Positions 50,858 to 63,457 of a stretch of 64,000 bases of DNA are shown one piece after another. The number at the start of each line of letters is the position of its first letter. Positions within the stretch are counted from its first letter, which is position 1. The DNA comes from Obrimoposthia wandeli (Eukaryota): assembly GCA_977020255.1 (NCBI GenBank), contig CDROCS010000268.1:124001-188000 (forward strand), given 5' to 3'. The notes under the pieces are model-generated. The model did not search any database. It saw only the letters and a list, made by a program, of their open reading frames with translations, and was not told the DNA's origin. A program made the translations under genes and the position numbers.

Positions 50858-51727
50858 TTCTTTAGATGTGTAAGCCTGAGAAAAACTTTGATCTAAATTT
50901 TCACATAGAATAGTGTATGTATGATTACGTAATACATTCCTTAACTGATAAGAGTGAACTTTAGTCTAAATTTTCACATAGAATAGTGTGTGTGTGTTAA
51001 AAAACCACATTCCTTAACTGATAAGAGTGAACTTTAGCCTAAATTTTAACATAGAATAGTGTGTGTGTGTTAAAAACCACATTCCTTAACTGATAAGAGT
51101 GAACTTTAGTCTAAATTTTCACATAGAATAGTGTGTGTGTGTTAAAAAACCACATTCCTTAACTGATAAGAGTGAACTTTAGCCTAAATTTTCACATAGA
51201 ATAGTGTGTGTATGATTACGTCATACATTCCTTAACTTTTAAGTGTGAACTTTCACATGACCTTAATTATACCTTCAAAGTTTCAAGTCAAAACTGACCT
51301 TGACCCTTTGATTTATGGACGACCATAGTGGTATATCAAAGAAGGGTGGAGACTAGACCACTTGACCCTTTGAATTATGGACGACCACAACCCTTTAGTG
51401 GTTAGCCAATAGAAGGGTGGAGACTAGATCACAAAAAGAAGGGTGGAGACTAGACCACTTGACCCTTTGAATTATGGACGACCACAACCCTTTAGTGGTT
51501 AGCCAAAAGAAGGGTGGAGACTAGATCACTTGACCACCTCCCCCTCCCCCCTCCCCCTCCCCCCTAAAGGGTGTCACACCATAAGGATGTCTTGCCACAC
51601 CATAAGGGTATATGTTGCCTCACCATAGGTGAGGCAACATATACCCTTATGGTGTGGCAAGACATCCTTATGGTGTGACACCCTTTAGGGGGGGTCAAGT
51701 GATCTAGACTCCATCCTTCTACCTACT
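50858..51727. repeat. Right TIR (~870 bp): 72-73-bp array (5 core motifs), 26-bp array (2 copies) and a 135-bp perfect palindrome
   Basis: Starts ttctttagatgtgtaagcctgag, the reverse complement of 40177-40199, and ends ccttctacctact. Confidence 0.97.
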
Positions 51728-53110
51728 TACCTAACCAATACTGATTCCATTTTTTCTCGAATTAAAGCCGAAAAAGTCTTATTTTTCGATGAGTAACAAT
51801 TGCTGTAATAATTTAAATAGTTAGTAACAAAATCCCTAACCATTTAAAGGGTACATAAAAATAAAATTGGATTTAATTCATGTTAAAGGTCATATGAGGT
51901 GTGCAAATAATACGATATTATTATATAGATTTAATGTTCTGAGAAAGTATTTTTGATTATTTTCAAAAGAATCAAGCGTATTGAATTATTTTTAATTTAA
52001 TACTTTTGAATGATATCGCAATCGATTTAAATTAAATTTCTATTAAATTACAATCAATTTTAAATTATTGATATAACAAATATTTTCTAAAGTAATTATT
52101 AAACAAAATGTCAACTGAAGTACTGAGCAAAATAAAAAAGAAGTATTATGCACATCATTTTAATTCAGAAACTTGTAGTCAGGAATGAGCTGGAGCACAG
52201 TGGATTATGTTTACCATACACAGAATTAACTCAAGTTTATTATTTTACTAAGTCAAGAAAAATATGCATGGTTAACTATGAGAATAGTAGATAAGTTTTG
52301 TAATTAGCAAATTACACCAAAATCCAAATTTATCCAGTTAATCAAAACGGAAAAAGCTTTGCTTCATTTATTATTCAATGAGTGAAGCGACACTATAATA
52401 AAGATTTGGCCTATTAATATGCTTCTCTACAGAATACTCCATTGTGGATCAGTGATTAATTGCTAAATTTCTAATTTCATCACAGACAATCATTGAGCAG
52501 CTGAAAGAATCCCATATTTAATTTTGAACCATCAGCGATGAGAGCCAAATAGTGATATTGAATTTGTCTGCCCAATAACGACTATGATGAAATAACTCTA
52601 GATTTCACAAAAAATATTGAAATTAAATAGTAAATTGACTTCGGTTTCCGGTTTTTTCTTTTTTTATCAGCTGTTTGCTATGATATATTATAAAGCAATA
52701 CCTGTAATTAATACGGAATAAATTCAATTCAATGTAGTGAAATCAATCCAATTAACTGCACACTACTTACCGATAAGCCTCAATGCTGAATACATATCTG
52801 AGATTTAATGTCTAAATTAATAAATTTAAAATAAAATCAAAAACTCGTTTTTACTTCATATTTTCAATTTATCTCTGCTTTCTGTTTTAGACAAATGGTT
52901 TCGTCAAACTTTCATAATCTAACTGCATTTTTCTAAAACTTACTAAATTTCAGCTGTTTATAAAAAAACTGCATGGTATAACAAACTATTTAATAATGAA
53001 GTAATATTCTTTAAAATTTGGTACCAATATTTTTAATTAATTTTATAAATGCATGTTTAAAATAATTTTACAAAATTAGAATGACAAATTCTTTAGAATC
53101 AAGTCAATTA

Positions 53111-53528
53111 CCGTAAATTCGCATGTACAAGGCGCACTCTTTTACATATTTTTATAAATAAATTAGGGGCTGCGCCTTATACACCACTGCGTCTTATACG
53201 TGTATTTCATATCGAAAATTCCTAAGATATATTAAGTTGAAGTTATTTTCAAAATTTCGCACGAAAAAGTACATTAAAGACGCTATTTTTTGCAAGGTCA
53301 CGTTTGATCTCTAAAAAAAGTTAGGTATTTCAAAACCTGTTAGTTAAAAATCATATGAAAATATGAAAATATCAAAGATTTTTTGGTTGAATTTATTCAA
53401 GCACATTTTTAAACAGATAATGCGCCTTATACGCCACTGCGCCTTATACGTGTATTTCATATCGAAAATTCCGATTTTTTCGAGATGCGCCTTATACACC
53501 AGTGCGCCTTGTACATGCGAATTTACGG
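53111..53528. mobile_element. 418-bp pogo-type MITE
   Basis: Perfect 28-bp TIR ccgtaaattcgcatgtacaaggcgcact / agtgcgccttgtacatgcgaatttacgg. TA TSDs (53109-53110, 53529-53530). Subterminal gcgccttatac repeats. Confidence 0.95.
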
Positions 53529-55177
53529 TATACTCAATATTAATGATGAATTATAAGCGTAGATTCGAAATAATACGTCCAAGAAACATCACAATATTAA
53601 GAACACAACAAAAAATACAATAGACAAAGTATAACAAAATTCAAATAATAATATCCAGAAGCAAAAATTGAGAGATTTTAAAATTGATTCTAAGATAATA
53701 AAAATGATATTGAAGATGACGAGAAATACGATACCACACGATACACTTATATTTGAGGTACGCCAGCGTAAATTTATTTGTCAGATTAGTACATTATTGG
53801 ATTATTTAGGCCTCGAAACATGGAGATTTTATAACATAATAGTTCTTCCGAGTATCAGTCGATGGTACTTCATGGATTTCTTCATAAAACCCCGGAAAAT
53901 TGGTGTCTGGTTTAACCCTTTTTCTTCAGTATTTTTATATTAGAAGAGTGTAAGAAACTTAGATTTAAAATATTTTTAATTTAAATAAACCATAACTTTT
54001 TGTCTAAAGTGACATTATTTTGAGCCCTTATAAAGACACAAAAGATTGGTAAGTCTGGTATCAACAAATGTGGAGAGAAGGAGAATCCTGTGGCTGTGGG
54101 TGCACTGTCAGAAACAGCAGCACCAGATAGAAGCAGTGGCATGGTATGGCATCAGTAGAGAAGAAGTCATGGGAACTATTGTGCTGTGTCTAACGACAGG
54201 GACATTTGAGTGATACATGGGGAAAAAATCAGTTTCTCTGAAATTCATGCTTTGATCACAGATCCAACTGGGGAAAACTTTTCCATTCGATCAGTGATCG
54301 ACTCTTTTCCGAATGGCTTAAATACTGCTGAGACGGTTGTATTCTACAGCATCGATTGTGGGCACTTCGATTTATTCATAGTTTAATTAATTCCCAAAAT
54401 GAAATATTCTTTTCATATAATCTAATAAAATTTTAATTAAAATCTTTCTTTAAAAAGATTATGTTAAACATAAATATTAGGGAACCTATAACTAATAAGG
54501 TAAACAGTACACTTATAACCAATATTAAATTTTTAAATGTTAAAGGCGTTTATTTACTATTGTTAATATCGTATTTGGATATTTCAGAACATTTATAAGA
54601 AACTAAGATTTTGTTAGATTTTTCAGTTTGAAATTAAAATCAAGTTTCAAAATCCTAATATCAAGATCCTAAGATCAATATTGGATAAAAGAAATTAACT
54701 TGCTACATAATTATCACTGCAACTTTCATTATACATTAATTGTGGAATTATTAATAACCACAACTACACTAGTAGTGATTTTACCGAGTTATTTCCTCGA
54801 TATCTGCTCGAAGCTGTAATTAGATATCTTGGCTCAGAGTAAATGAGTATTCAGAAAAATATTAGTAGGCTTCCTGCTATTCATATTAATACAAAGAACG
54901 AACACTATTAATTAATGCGCCAAAAGTAGACCAAATATTCCAATCTGTTCATTTTCATGTTTTTATCTTTCACTTTTTCTTAATTAACTTATATCAACTT
55001 TTTAAACTTAATAATTGAATTAATGGCAAAATTATTTAAAGTTTCGATTTTTTTTGTTTAAACAAAATATGTTACAATTGTATTCATTATTATTATTATA
55101 TTCCTACTCTTACTAAAATATTATTTTTTAATAACATATATTTGTTATGAACTATGATTAACTTAAATTACACAGGC

Positions 55178-55245
55178 ATGCTGCCTATCATTGCTGTTTG
55201 CTGCTGCATCCTTCTACAGACCTTTTCATCTGTATCTGCCATCCA
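55178..55245 (+). CDS. Predicted exon 1 (signal peptide) of a small secreted peptide precursor
   Basis: ttacacag acceptor, then ATG..MLPIIAVCCCILLQTFSSVSAI, then a gtaagt donor at 55246 (phase 2). GC-richer than the flanks. Confidence 0.6.
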
Positions 55246-55689
55246 GTAAGTAATCATCAGAAATAAATATTGTAGATTGGTGTAAAAAAAACATTTTCCT
55301 GTAATTATCGTCCATTTACAGAAAATAATCATTGTATTAAGATATGCAATGTATTTGAATTGTACTATTTAATTTCCAACTAAAAATAATTTGTTTAATT
55401 TTCCATTTTCGTTTGATTTTATAATTTTTTTTATTTAAAAAAAATTACACTGTCAAAAAACATTTAATTAATTAAAAACTTGTAAAATGCTTGTAATTTG
55501 CAGTCATGAATATTTATGTATTTTACAATATTTTTACTTCGAATTTACAAGTATATTTCGGTCGATCTTAATCAGTTCAAAACTTTGAATATTTAAGCAA
55601 ACTCAATTTTCTACATTTTCATATTGCGATTTCTACTAAAGATAACATTAATCCATCAAAATTATACTTGAAGAATCCATGCTCAGATT

Positions 55690-55930
55690 TTGTAAACTTG
55701 AAAAAAAATTAAAATTGTTATCAAATCGTTTTTAACATGAATATCGTAAGCTCATCAACAAAGTTAAAAGCATTATTTAAAATGAAACAGTGTTCTCGAA
55801 AGGGCCTACAATCACATCTAATATATAAATTGTATTGTCAAATAGACAATTCCAGTTTCATAGGAGAGACCAAGCAGCATCTCGCTTGTAGGTGTAATGA
55901 GCATTCCAAATTGATTAGAAATAGTTAAAT
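55690..55930 (+). pseudogene. Penelope-like element GIY-YIG endonuclease relic
   Basis: HLIYKLYCQIDNSSFIGETKQHLACRCNEH matches V.Y.I.C..C...YIGETKR.L..R..EH. Confidence 0.75.
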
Positions 55931-55989
55931 CTTTTGATAAAATACCGTGAAAAATTATCTCTTGGATCAAAAGGGTTTGTAAAAACACC

Positions 55990-56200
55990 AAACGTGAGAT
56001 ACATGACACAATGACCGATTGGGATGGTTACTAAAAACGGAAGTGGTGTTCAAGTTGAAGTAGATGTCATTGAGACGAAGACGTGAGTGACAACAATGAA
56101 AGCGATGCAACGAATGTTAGTGAAGATGAAGTTGTCAACCGCGTGTTAAGACAAATCGTGCGACCGGCATATATGAATGATTATGAAGTGGAAATGTGAT
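55990..56200 (+). pseudogene. Possible LTR-retrotransposon integrase C-terminal tail relic
   Basis: Acidic linker followed by R..R.IVRPAYMNDYEV* (R-x-P-x-Y-L-x-D-Y tail). Confidence 0.35.
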
Positions 56201-56962
56201 GTTGATATCATAGGAGTAGTGGTAAAGTTTGTAATTCGAAATTTTATGTCAGTTGTTTTAATACTTAGATGTTTCTTGTGTGTAAAATTCAAATAAATTG
56301 TTATAAGCTTTAGTTGTTTTCCTCATAGAAGTCCAAAATTACAGTTTATTGGTGAAACTTGCCTCAGAATAATTTGAATGAATACTACACTATTACGATG
56401 AATCAGGTGAATTTTCTTCGAAATACCATATTATTTGTAAATACATAAAAATTATAAAACTAATCACTTTTTCAGTTTTCAATGGAATATTATATTTTTT
56501 AAAATTATTTGTAATCCGAAATAAATTAACTAAAATTATTTTGGATTAACGAATCTTAATTTTCAGTGTTTAAAGGTTATGTAAATAAAACCAAAAATAA
56601 AATTTAATAATTATTTCTTAAATAAATGATACAATGCACCATTTTGCTGGATATTAATTTTAAAGACAGTTTGTGCTACTCAGATTTAGTATGATATGAA
56701 TTTTTAAATATTATAAAATATTTCTCCTTTAATTGTGCTATTTGAAACCAAATAAAACAATTTTAATTGGTTGGCTGCAGTTTTTCGTCCCTATTTACTA
56801 CCTTAGCTTCAATAATGTTACTCCATGGATAATTTTAACCGAGAGAAAGCAAGTGACATAAAATCCATATATTATCATGGGAAATCTAAATTAAAATCCT
56901 GATTCGAAGTGGCTAGCATACATTAATGAATTGCAGAGATTAATATGGATTTTTCTATTCAG

Positions 56963-57010
56963 ACCCGATTCTCTGATGGAGCCCATTGAAGGTCAACAAT
57001 ATCGACCTCG
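56963..57010 (+). CDS. Predicted exon 2 of the secreted peptide precursor
   Basis: ttttctattcag acceptor, (Q)PDSLMEPIEGQQYRP, gtaaca donor; phase 2/2. Confidence 0.6.
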
Positions 57011-57065
57011 GTAACACTCATCAATAGTTTCACATCTGTTCACCGGATACATTTTCTTTTTTCAG

Positions 57066-57125
57066 AGAAAGCAGCAACGTACAAACCAGGGCTGTCGTAA
57101 AGAATTGGCTGAAATCACATAGAAG
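57066..57125 (+). CDS. Predicted exon 3 of the secreted peptide precursor
   Basis: 55-bp intron ending ttttcttttttcag, then (R)ESSNVQTRAVVKNWLKSHR, then a gtagca donor; phase 2/2. Confidence 0.65.
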
Positions 57126-57470
57126 GTAGCAACTAATTTTACTACTGATACGATAGTAAATTGAAAAAAATAGCTAGTTACAATTTAAAATAACAAATAT
57201 TGATTTAAATTTCTCAGCTTTGATATTCAGAACAATTATCAGTAAAATTGTTTCTAATACTTTTATTTCTGTTAGTTTATAAATAGTTTATAAGCTGTTA
57301 TTAGGAATTGAATTTTGGGTCTAAACTATTTTATTTATAAGTACAACGACTTGTAATTTAGTCTACATATTCGCGTAAAAAAGATACCTCGAACATAGAA
57401 AATAGATTTAGGTGTATGTACTCAATTTGTATATTGCAGAAACTTCTTAGTTATACTATTATTCTCGCAG

Positions 57471-57534
57471 ATCCCTCAGAAAGAGATGGTTTCCCGTAAA
57501 GGAGTATGACTATGGAGAGGCAATCGAGATTTGA
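57471..57534 (+). CDS. Predicted last exon of the secreted peptide precursor (RKR cleavage site plus C-terminal peptide)
   Basis: attattctcgcag acceptor, (R)SLRKRWFPVKEYDYGEAIEI, TGA at 57532-57534. Confidence 0.65.
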
Positions 57535-57959
57535 AAACCATTCAAAGAAAAAATGAACAATTAAAATAATATAATAATTTCATTTGTTGTTTGTTTATTT
57601 TGGGAGTATTACAAGTAGTTTATGTTTTGATAAATACAAACAATCTGTATAAACATTAAAAACATTAAAATAAAAAGTAAGAAAATAAGGTAATGCTAGT
57701 CATGCAAATTACGATATTGAACAAGAGTAAGTGAATATGACCGGTCTAATCCGTCGCCCCCCACCCCTCCCTTAGGACAGTATGTAATCCTACGTCCTTT
57801 AAAACCAAGCTTGTGTGTCTGAAGTAAAAATTCCTGCATATCCGTCTTTGTGTATATGATCTATATTTAAAATATCTTAATGTCTAACGAATATGTCCAT
57901 CACTTTTTATGATAAAATATGTAGGTCAGACTTATAATTTTAATAGAAATAGCAAAACA

Positions 57960-58262
57960 TAAAACTAGGTGTTTTACATCTGTACTTAACAAATAAATAT
58001 TATATTTATCAAGTTTTAAACGAAGATGTACATTGACACCAGGAACTACGTAGTTAGGTTGTTCAAAGAAATTTAGTCTCATGAACTCACACATTTCATA
58101 AGGTTTAGGACATACAATCCATGCTATGTGAGTTTCGGCAGTTTTATCAAAGCCAATTGAAGACAAATTAGTATTTTGAGTATCAATACTATAATTCAGT
58201 AGATTTTCCCTCAAAGCTGTATGAGTATGGAAAGATTTTCCACCTTCAATTTTAACATTCAT
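57960..58262 (-). pseudogene. Polinton major capsid protein fragment
   Basis: NVKIEGG..THTAL..LLNYS.DT.NTNL..RLNFFEQPNYVVPGVNVHLR aligns with the MCP at 48694 (NVKVEGG..THKAI..LLNFSSDTKYTNL..RLDFFDQPKYLIPGINVHLR). Confidence 0.92.
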
Positions 58263-58619
58263 TTTTTACTCCTTTTAATTGACTAAAATTGTTTTCTGTA
58301 ATATTATACTATATACTATACTTAGTTACTAAGGTTTACACCTAAAAATTAATAAAAAAACTAGTATGGGTTCACCTGATGAACATTTTTGTGCTAAGTT
58401 CAAATAACATAATTGTTTTAGACTAATCTTAAAAATAGTCCAGCGACAAGTCATTTATAAGTTTAAATTACTGAGTTTTTAAAATATATTTATATAATAA
58501 TCCATTAATATAATTAATAGATTCAATTAATTAAATACAATTAATCTGTTTATTGTTTTTTGTTGTTGATATATTCTAAAATTCTATTATGAAAAATTCA
58601 AATTCAAGTTCTACCAAAA

Positions 58620-59900
58620 ATTCCTAAATTTGGTCAGATAATCTATTAAATTTTAAGATAAGTTTAAAGAGAAGAAACATTAAAGTTATTATATCTATAG
58701 CTGATTTATCACGATTGCCAATAGAGGAAACAATCATTAAAAGATTCAAAACTCTATCATCTGACATTAGAAGTATCAAAGATCGACTAAAAAAATTTAA
58801 CAAGAATGCCAAAATTATGGGAGAAATTAAATATTCCACAAATTAATGTATTATTAATTCCTCGGAAAATTGAAAAAGATATATCAAAATATGAAAAAAG
58901 TAAGAAGTTCTTAATTGTAAGTAATTTTTCAGGTATATTTAATATTACCAATAAAAATGGCCTTTGGCTGCATAAAGACAACCGTACTTTTTATGTACTT
59001 CAACTTGAAAGCAAAATATATATAGGTTATTGGATTAATAAATTAGATGATTCTAATAAAATTCATCCATCAAAGAGGCCACGCATAAATAAAGATAATA
59101 TTGAAATGATAACTGACAGTAGTAATAGCAACGATATTAGCGATGATGTATTTCGGATATAACTAATGTAAAAACAGGAAGATTGTCGGGAGTGGTAATA
59201 CAAATTCAAAATGAAATAAAACAGAAAGGTTATTCTGGGCCAGTTTTCGTTGGTTGTCAACATCATATTTTGGATAGAATACTAAAGCATTGTTTAGATC
59301 AATCCTTCGGCTCAAAAGCTAAAGGACCAAAAAAAAAGTGTGAAACATAGTTTGCAATTATGAAAATCTCAAATATTCATTTTATAATGTAGGCGATACT
59401 TTACCAAAAGTGATATCAAGTGGCGAGATGATATGAAATATTTGTGGCATCTTATTCAGTTTATCAAACTATTTTTGTATAGTGGAGTGTTTCCAAAATT
59501 TATTTTCAAAAGCTTCCAAATCTTAACAATGCTAGATAGAATTCTCGTGCAATATTAGCTCTTCTGTCTTATATTCTTGATAGTAAAACAAGAAATGATT
59601 TACATCCTGCAATTGAATTTATTCGTGGGGTATGGTCAAATTTTTAAAAAATATTTAATATGTCCTCTTCTGAGTTATACATGAAACATTTTATTACCTT
59701 GAACGACTTTCCAAAGGAAATCCTTGTTTTATATTAAAATTAATCAAATGATATGTCTTATGAATATCTAAAAATCTGATATTGATCAATTTAAAAATAT
59801 TTTGAAATTTGCATTACTGATAATGTTTCTGAAGAAAATTCTTTCAAAATTGAAGTTGATCCTAGTCTTAAATTGTGCTTTATATTTAATATTTATGTTA
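58620..59900 (+). pseudogene. Degenerate hAT-like (hATm-type) transposase
   Basis: PVFVGCQHHILDRILKH, IKWRDDMKYL and FQKLPNLNNAR*NSRAILALLSYIL. Same motif family as 36026-38043. Confidence 0.75.
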
Positions 59901-61897
59901 ATTTAATAAATAAATGTAATGAAATTTTATCTCGTGTTTTGTTATTTCTTTTATAAAAAAACGATTGACATAAATTTTTTTACAATAAGATCTTAAATAT
60001 ATGATAGAGAAAAACTAAATAAACTACTTTATGATCAAAGACAACATGAATTTCCAGTCCACGTACACATGCACGAAATTTCCCTCCAGACACGGTGATA
60101 AAATACGGAGGCATCCTACCTAATTAGAATCTGGATTACACTGGCCATGTATTTTATTTCATGTAAAAATCACACTGCTTTATATGCTGCATTGAGCCCA
60201 TTTTATAAAAAATGGGGAAAGATTCGGTTTATTATTTAGATTCATGGCGATAACCACTTATCAACCAATTCACTAAATAAGGCTAAATATTTCTTGAAGT
60301 GTTCACGAAAAAAATGATGAAAGGAGATATAAATAAAGTTAAGTAAGCGCACTAACTATTTCAACTTTATATTAAATATCTCTCAAAGCATTAAGTACTT
60401 CATATGCTGTGATATGTGAAATGTTACTAAGTCATTGAGATAAATATCCTTCATTTCCTAACATTGTAATATTACACGGCAAATACTATTTGCATATTCT
60501 GATACAGGGTTACCTGATGTAATTTATCCCTATAATGATCCTCGAAATTCCTCAGTTTTGTATTTTTTGCATCCATTGTTAGAGTATAATGTTACATATG
60601 CTTGATAGTGTCAAGAGGCGGTCAATCTCAAATGGCACAAATGAGCTAGAGTTGTTTGACCTTAGAAACAGCTATTAAAAACTGTAAAAAGACAACAAAA
60701 TCTCTGACCAACAACGTTTTCAACAAAGTTTTTCTAAACACAGTAATATTATTTTATTATTGTTTATTACATTAAAAATTTAACATTTTTCGAGTACATT
60801 TCTTTTATATTTTTATATTTCAAAGATATAATAATAATACAAAGATAATTTAGTCTTCACGAAATAATCTCATATAACAAAATTTTCTATTAGAAGCGAA
60901 TTATTAAAATTGAGTTATACTGGATAAAACGAACAAACAGATTTAACGTTTGTTTTTCAGAAGACCAAGTGATTTATTATATGCGGATTTGACTGTATTT
61001 ATTTCGTACATTTCAGATGAAATTGGAAAGTGAGTAAGGCGGATAAGTGAGTAATACTGAAACGCTCAATTAATTTGTCACACAATTATCATGTTTCTGA
61101 GCTAATTTCATAATATAAAAAAGAAATAATAAAGTTGTGGTGCACCCGTGTTGAACTCCGACTTCTCAAGAAAGCATAATGTCAGCATAAAATTAAATGT
61201 TTAAGATGAAAAATTTATTTTCACTTATTTAGTAGCCTAATTTTTAAGTATTTTAATAACACTTTAAATTAACCATCCGTTAAATCAATATAAATAAAGT
61301 ATCACCAAGTAGACCAACCGAAATAAAATTTTTGAACCAACAAATGAAATATGCTTTAAATAATCGACTAAGGAATTTTTGTCTTTAGTATAATAATCAA
61401 AAATATTATAATAAAATAAAATTAAAAATAAACTTTATTAAGTCAATCATATTTTGAATTAGTGTATGCTAAATTTTGATCACCGTACCTATACCCTCGA
61501 AATAAATAATAAGCTGTTAATAACCGGAGAAACATAACCCAATTTTTTGAAAATTTTCATGTAAAAGTTAAAAGTACATTTTTGAAAATAATGTCAAAGC
61601 GAACACTAAAAATCAATTTAGCGAGTAAAATTAGTTTTATCAAAGATACTTGTTTTGTCAAAAAATATTGGAATTGAGGTGAAAGTTGTATAATTTACTT
61701 AATTTACTGAGAACAAAGTAAAAATTATTAGATTTTTTAAAATACATAGTGCCATCAATTATAGCATAATGTTTGCGCTAAAGTATTTAACTTTTAATTT
61801 CGATTCTGCGCCTCTCTTTTCATTCTATTATTTTCGAAATCTCATAACAATATATTACAATTAACGGAATCAAATGCTGCGGATAGATCTAGAAGTA

Positions 61898-62744
61898 CAG
61901 GTAAATCTCGTTTTACAACGCAAATGTGTTCTGTGAAAAAAAAAGAATGTGTAAGACGAAATGACGTTAAACGAGGATTTTTCGAAAGTGTAATTATTTA
62001 TGGAAAATAGCAAAAAAGAAAATATTTACATTGGACAAGAAAAGGAAAATATATATGTAAGTAACAGGAATGTAAAAGTGTTTAATATGAAACTATGCTT
62101 CTGATGAACAAAAGCTGGATGGTATCAAAATCTAAATTTTGAGTTAACATTTATGGGAAATTATTTAATAACGTCATTGTTTCGATTTCTGTTTCACACA
62201 ATTTTTGGGTTATTTTTACCACTTCACTCACTCATTCTTTGGGTTACGTTTATACACAATTTTAACTGATCTTGTGAAATAAATGGACATAAAATAAATT
62301 GAAACCTACTATGATAGAAAAGAAAAAAATAAATTGAAATTTAATAAATCCGTTTATTTTCAAATAATGAATGCGGGATGCAAAACTTGGAACAGAAGAA
62401 TAACAGAAGAATAACAGAAGAATAACAGAAGAATAAATCAATTCAATTTTTTTTACATAATCTTTTATTGAGCTAATATACAAATACACTTTCAAATCAA
62501 AATTTGGCCAAAGTGAAAATATATATTTAAATGTAATTATAATTTTTAAAATTAAAACAGATAAGCAAATTAACAAATTTCAAATCATCATTAAATACAT
62601 CAATTACATTTTCAATTCAAAAAGCCATGTTCCGAAGTTATACATGATAATTTTTGGGAAAGAAAGCTTTAATATTTTCTATTAAAATGCAGACGTTAAA
62701 TCGAAACGACATAAAGCGGGACGACGTTATACATGGTTCACCCG
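61898..62744. mobile_element. Degenerate Tigger/pogo-like non-autonomous element
   Basis: TA|caggtaaatctcgttttacaacg ... cgttatacatggttcacccg|TA, an imperfect TIR with TA flanks. Confidence 0.4.
62392..62436. repeat. 11-bp tandem repeat (AACAGAAGAAT)x4
   Basis: Seen directly. Confidence 0.9.
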
Positions 62745-63457
62745 TAAAATTAATACACATTTCCCATTATTTAGAGATTTTAATGCAAACAGTTTTGCAT
62801 TAAGTAAAGGCACTTCAGTTGAATGATAGCTTCTACAAGCTGATTGAAAAATATGGAGTAGCTCATTTCTTTCTGAATAACTGGATCGAAACAAAATGTT
62901 CAAGAACTTTTGATAGAAATGAGAGGTTTAATATCAGTCTAAACCTTGAGAGATTTGTTTAATCAATAATTTCGACTTTGGGCAATTGTTTTTCTACTGT
63001 GCATTTTTCACTTTCTGAGAATTCACACGTAATTTTTGATACATTTACTATCTTAACAACCGGTAAAAGTATATAAGGAGATTATTCAGGTTTTCAGGAT
63101 CAGTTAGATGCGAACTATATATATATGTGTGTTCCTTTCGTTAATATTTTCGATTATAGTGTATAATTTGCTATTGTATGTTAAAAATTTAGGTAAAATG
63201 ATTTTGAGAGAAAATTAGGGAGAAAAAGAATTTGGTGAAAACCCTTTTGAATTGCTGTGAAGCCCGAAATAAATAGTGTGATTTTCTTAGAAATGCAATT
63301 TCATACATCATTTTTTCTGTTTGTTGTGTTATAACTATTCACTTTGCAAAATCCCTCAAATCGAAAGATGAGTTTATATTTCAAAAGATATTTCATTAAA
63401 AAGGTTGCAAGTGTAATGTGAGATACCAGGTAAATCTGCAGCGAGATTGCAGCGCAG

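Larger units (their letters stand above)
39407..51727. mobile_element. Full-length Polinton/Maverick endogenous virus (polintovirus/adintovirus-like), 12321 bp, inactivated
   Basis: Termini AGTAGGTAG / CTACCTACT. 6-bp TSD TACCTA (39401-39406, 51728-51733). Long TIRs. Carries pPolB, ATPase, integrase, minor and major capsid, and protease genes. Confidence 0.98.
57726..60122. mobile_element. Decayed Polinton remnant related to the 16142-18354 family
   Basis: Left end agtaagtgaatatgaccggtctaatcc matches agtaggtggatgtgtccggtctaatcc at 23/27, followed by a C-tract and gtcctttaaaacc. The right end at ~60058-60122 resembles acacatgcacg / gaaatttc.ctcca.acac / cgga..catcc.accta. No clean TSD. Confidence 0.6.

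Noticed and set aside
62262-62576. 104-aa hydrophobic ORF, and similar short AT-rich ORFs elsewhere in the track
   Set aside because: Low-complexity I/F/K/L composition from AT-rich or repeat DNA; it includes the 11-bp tandem repeat.
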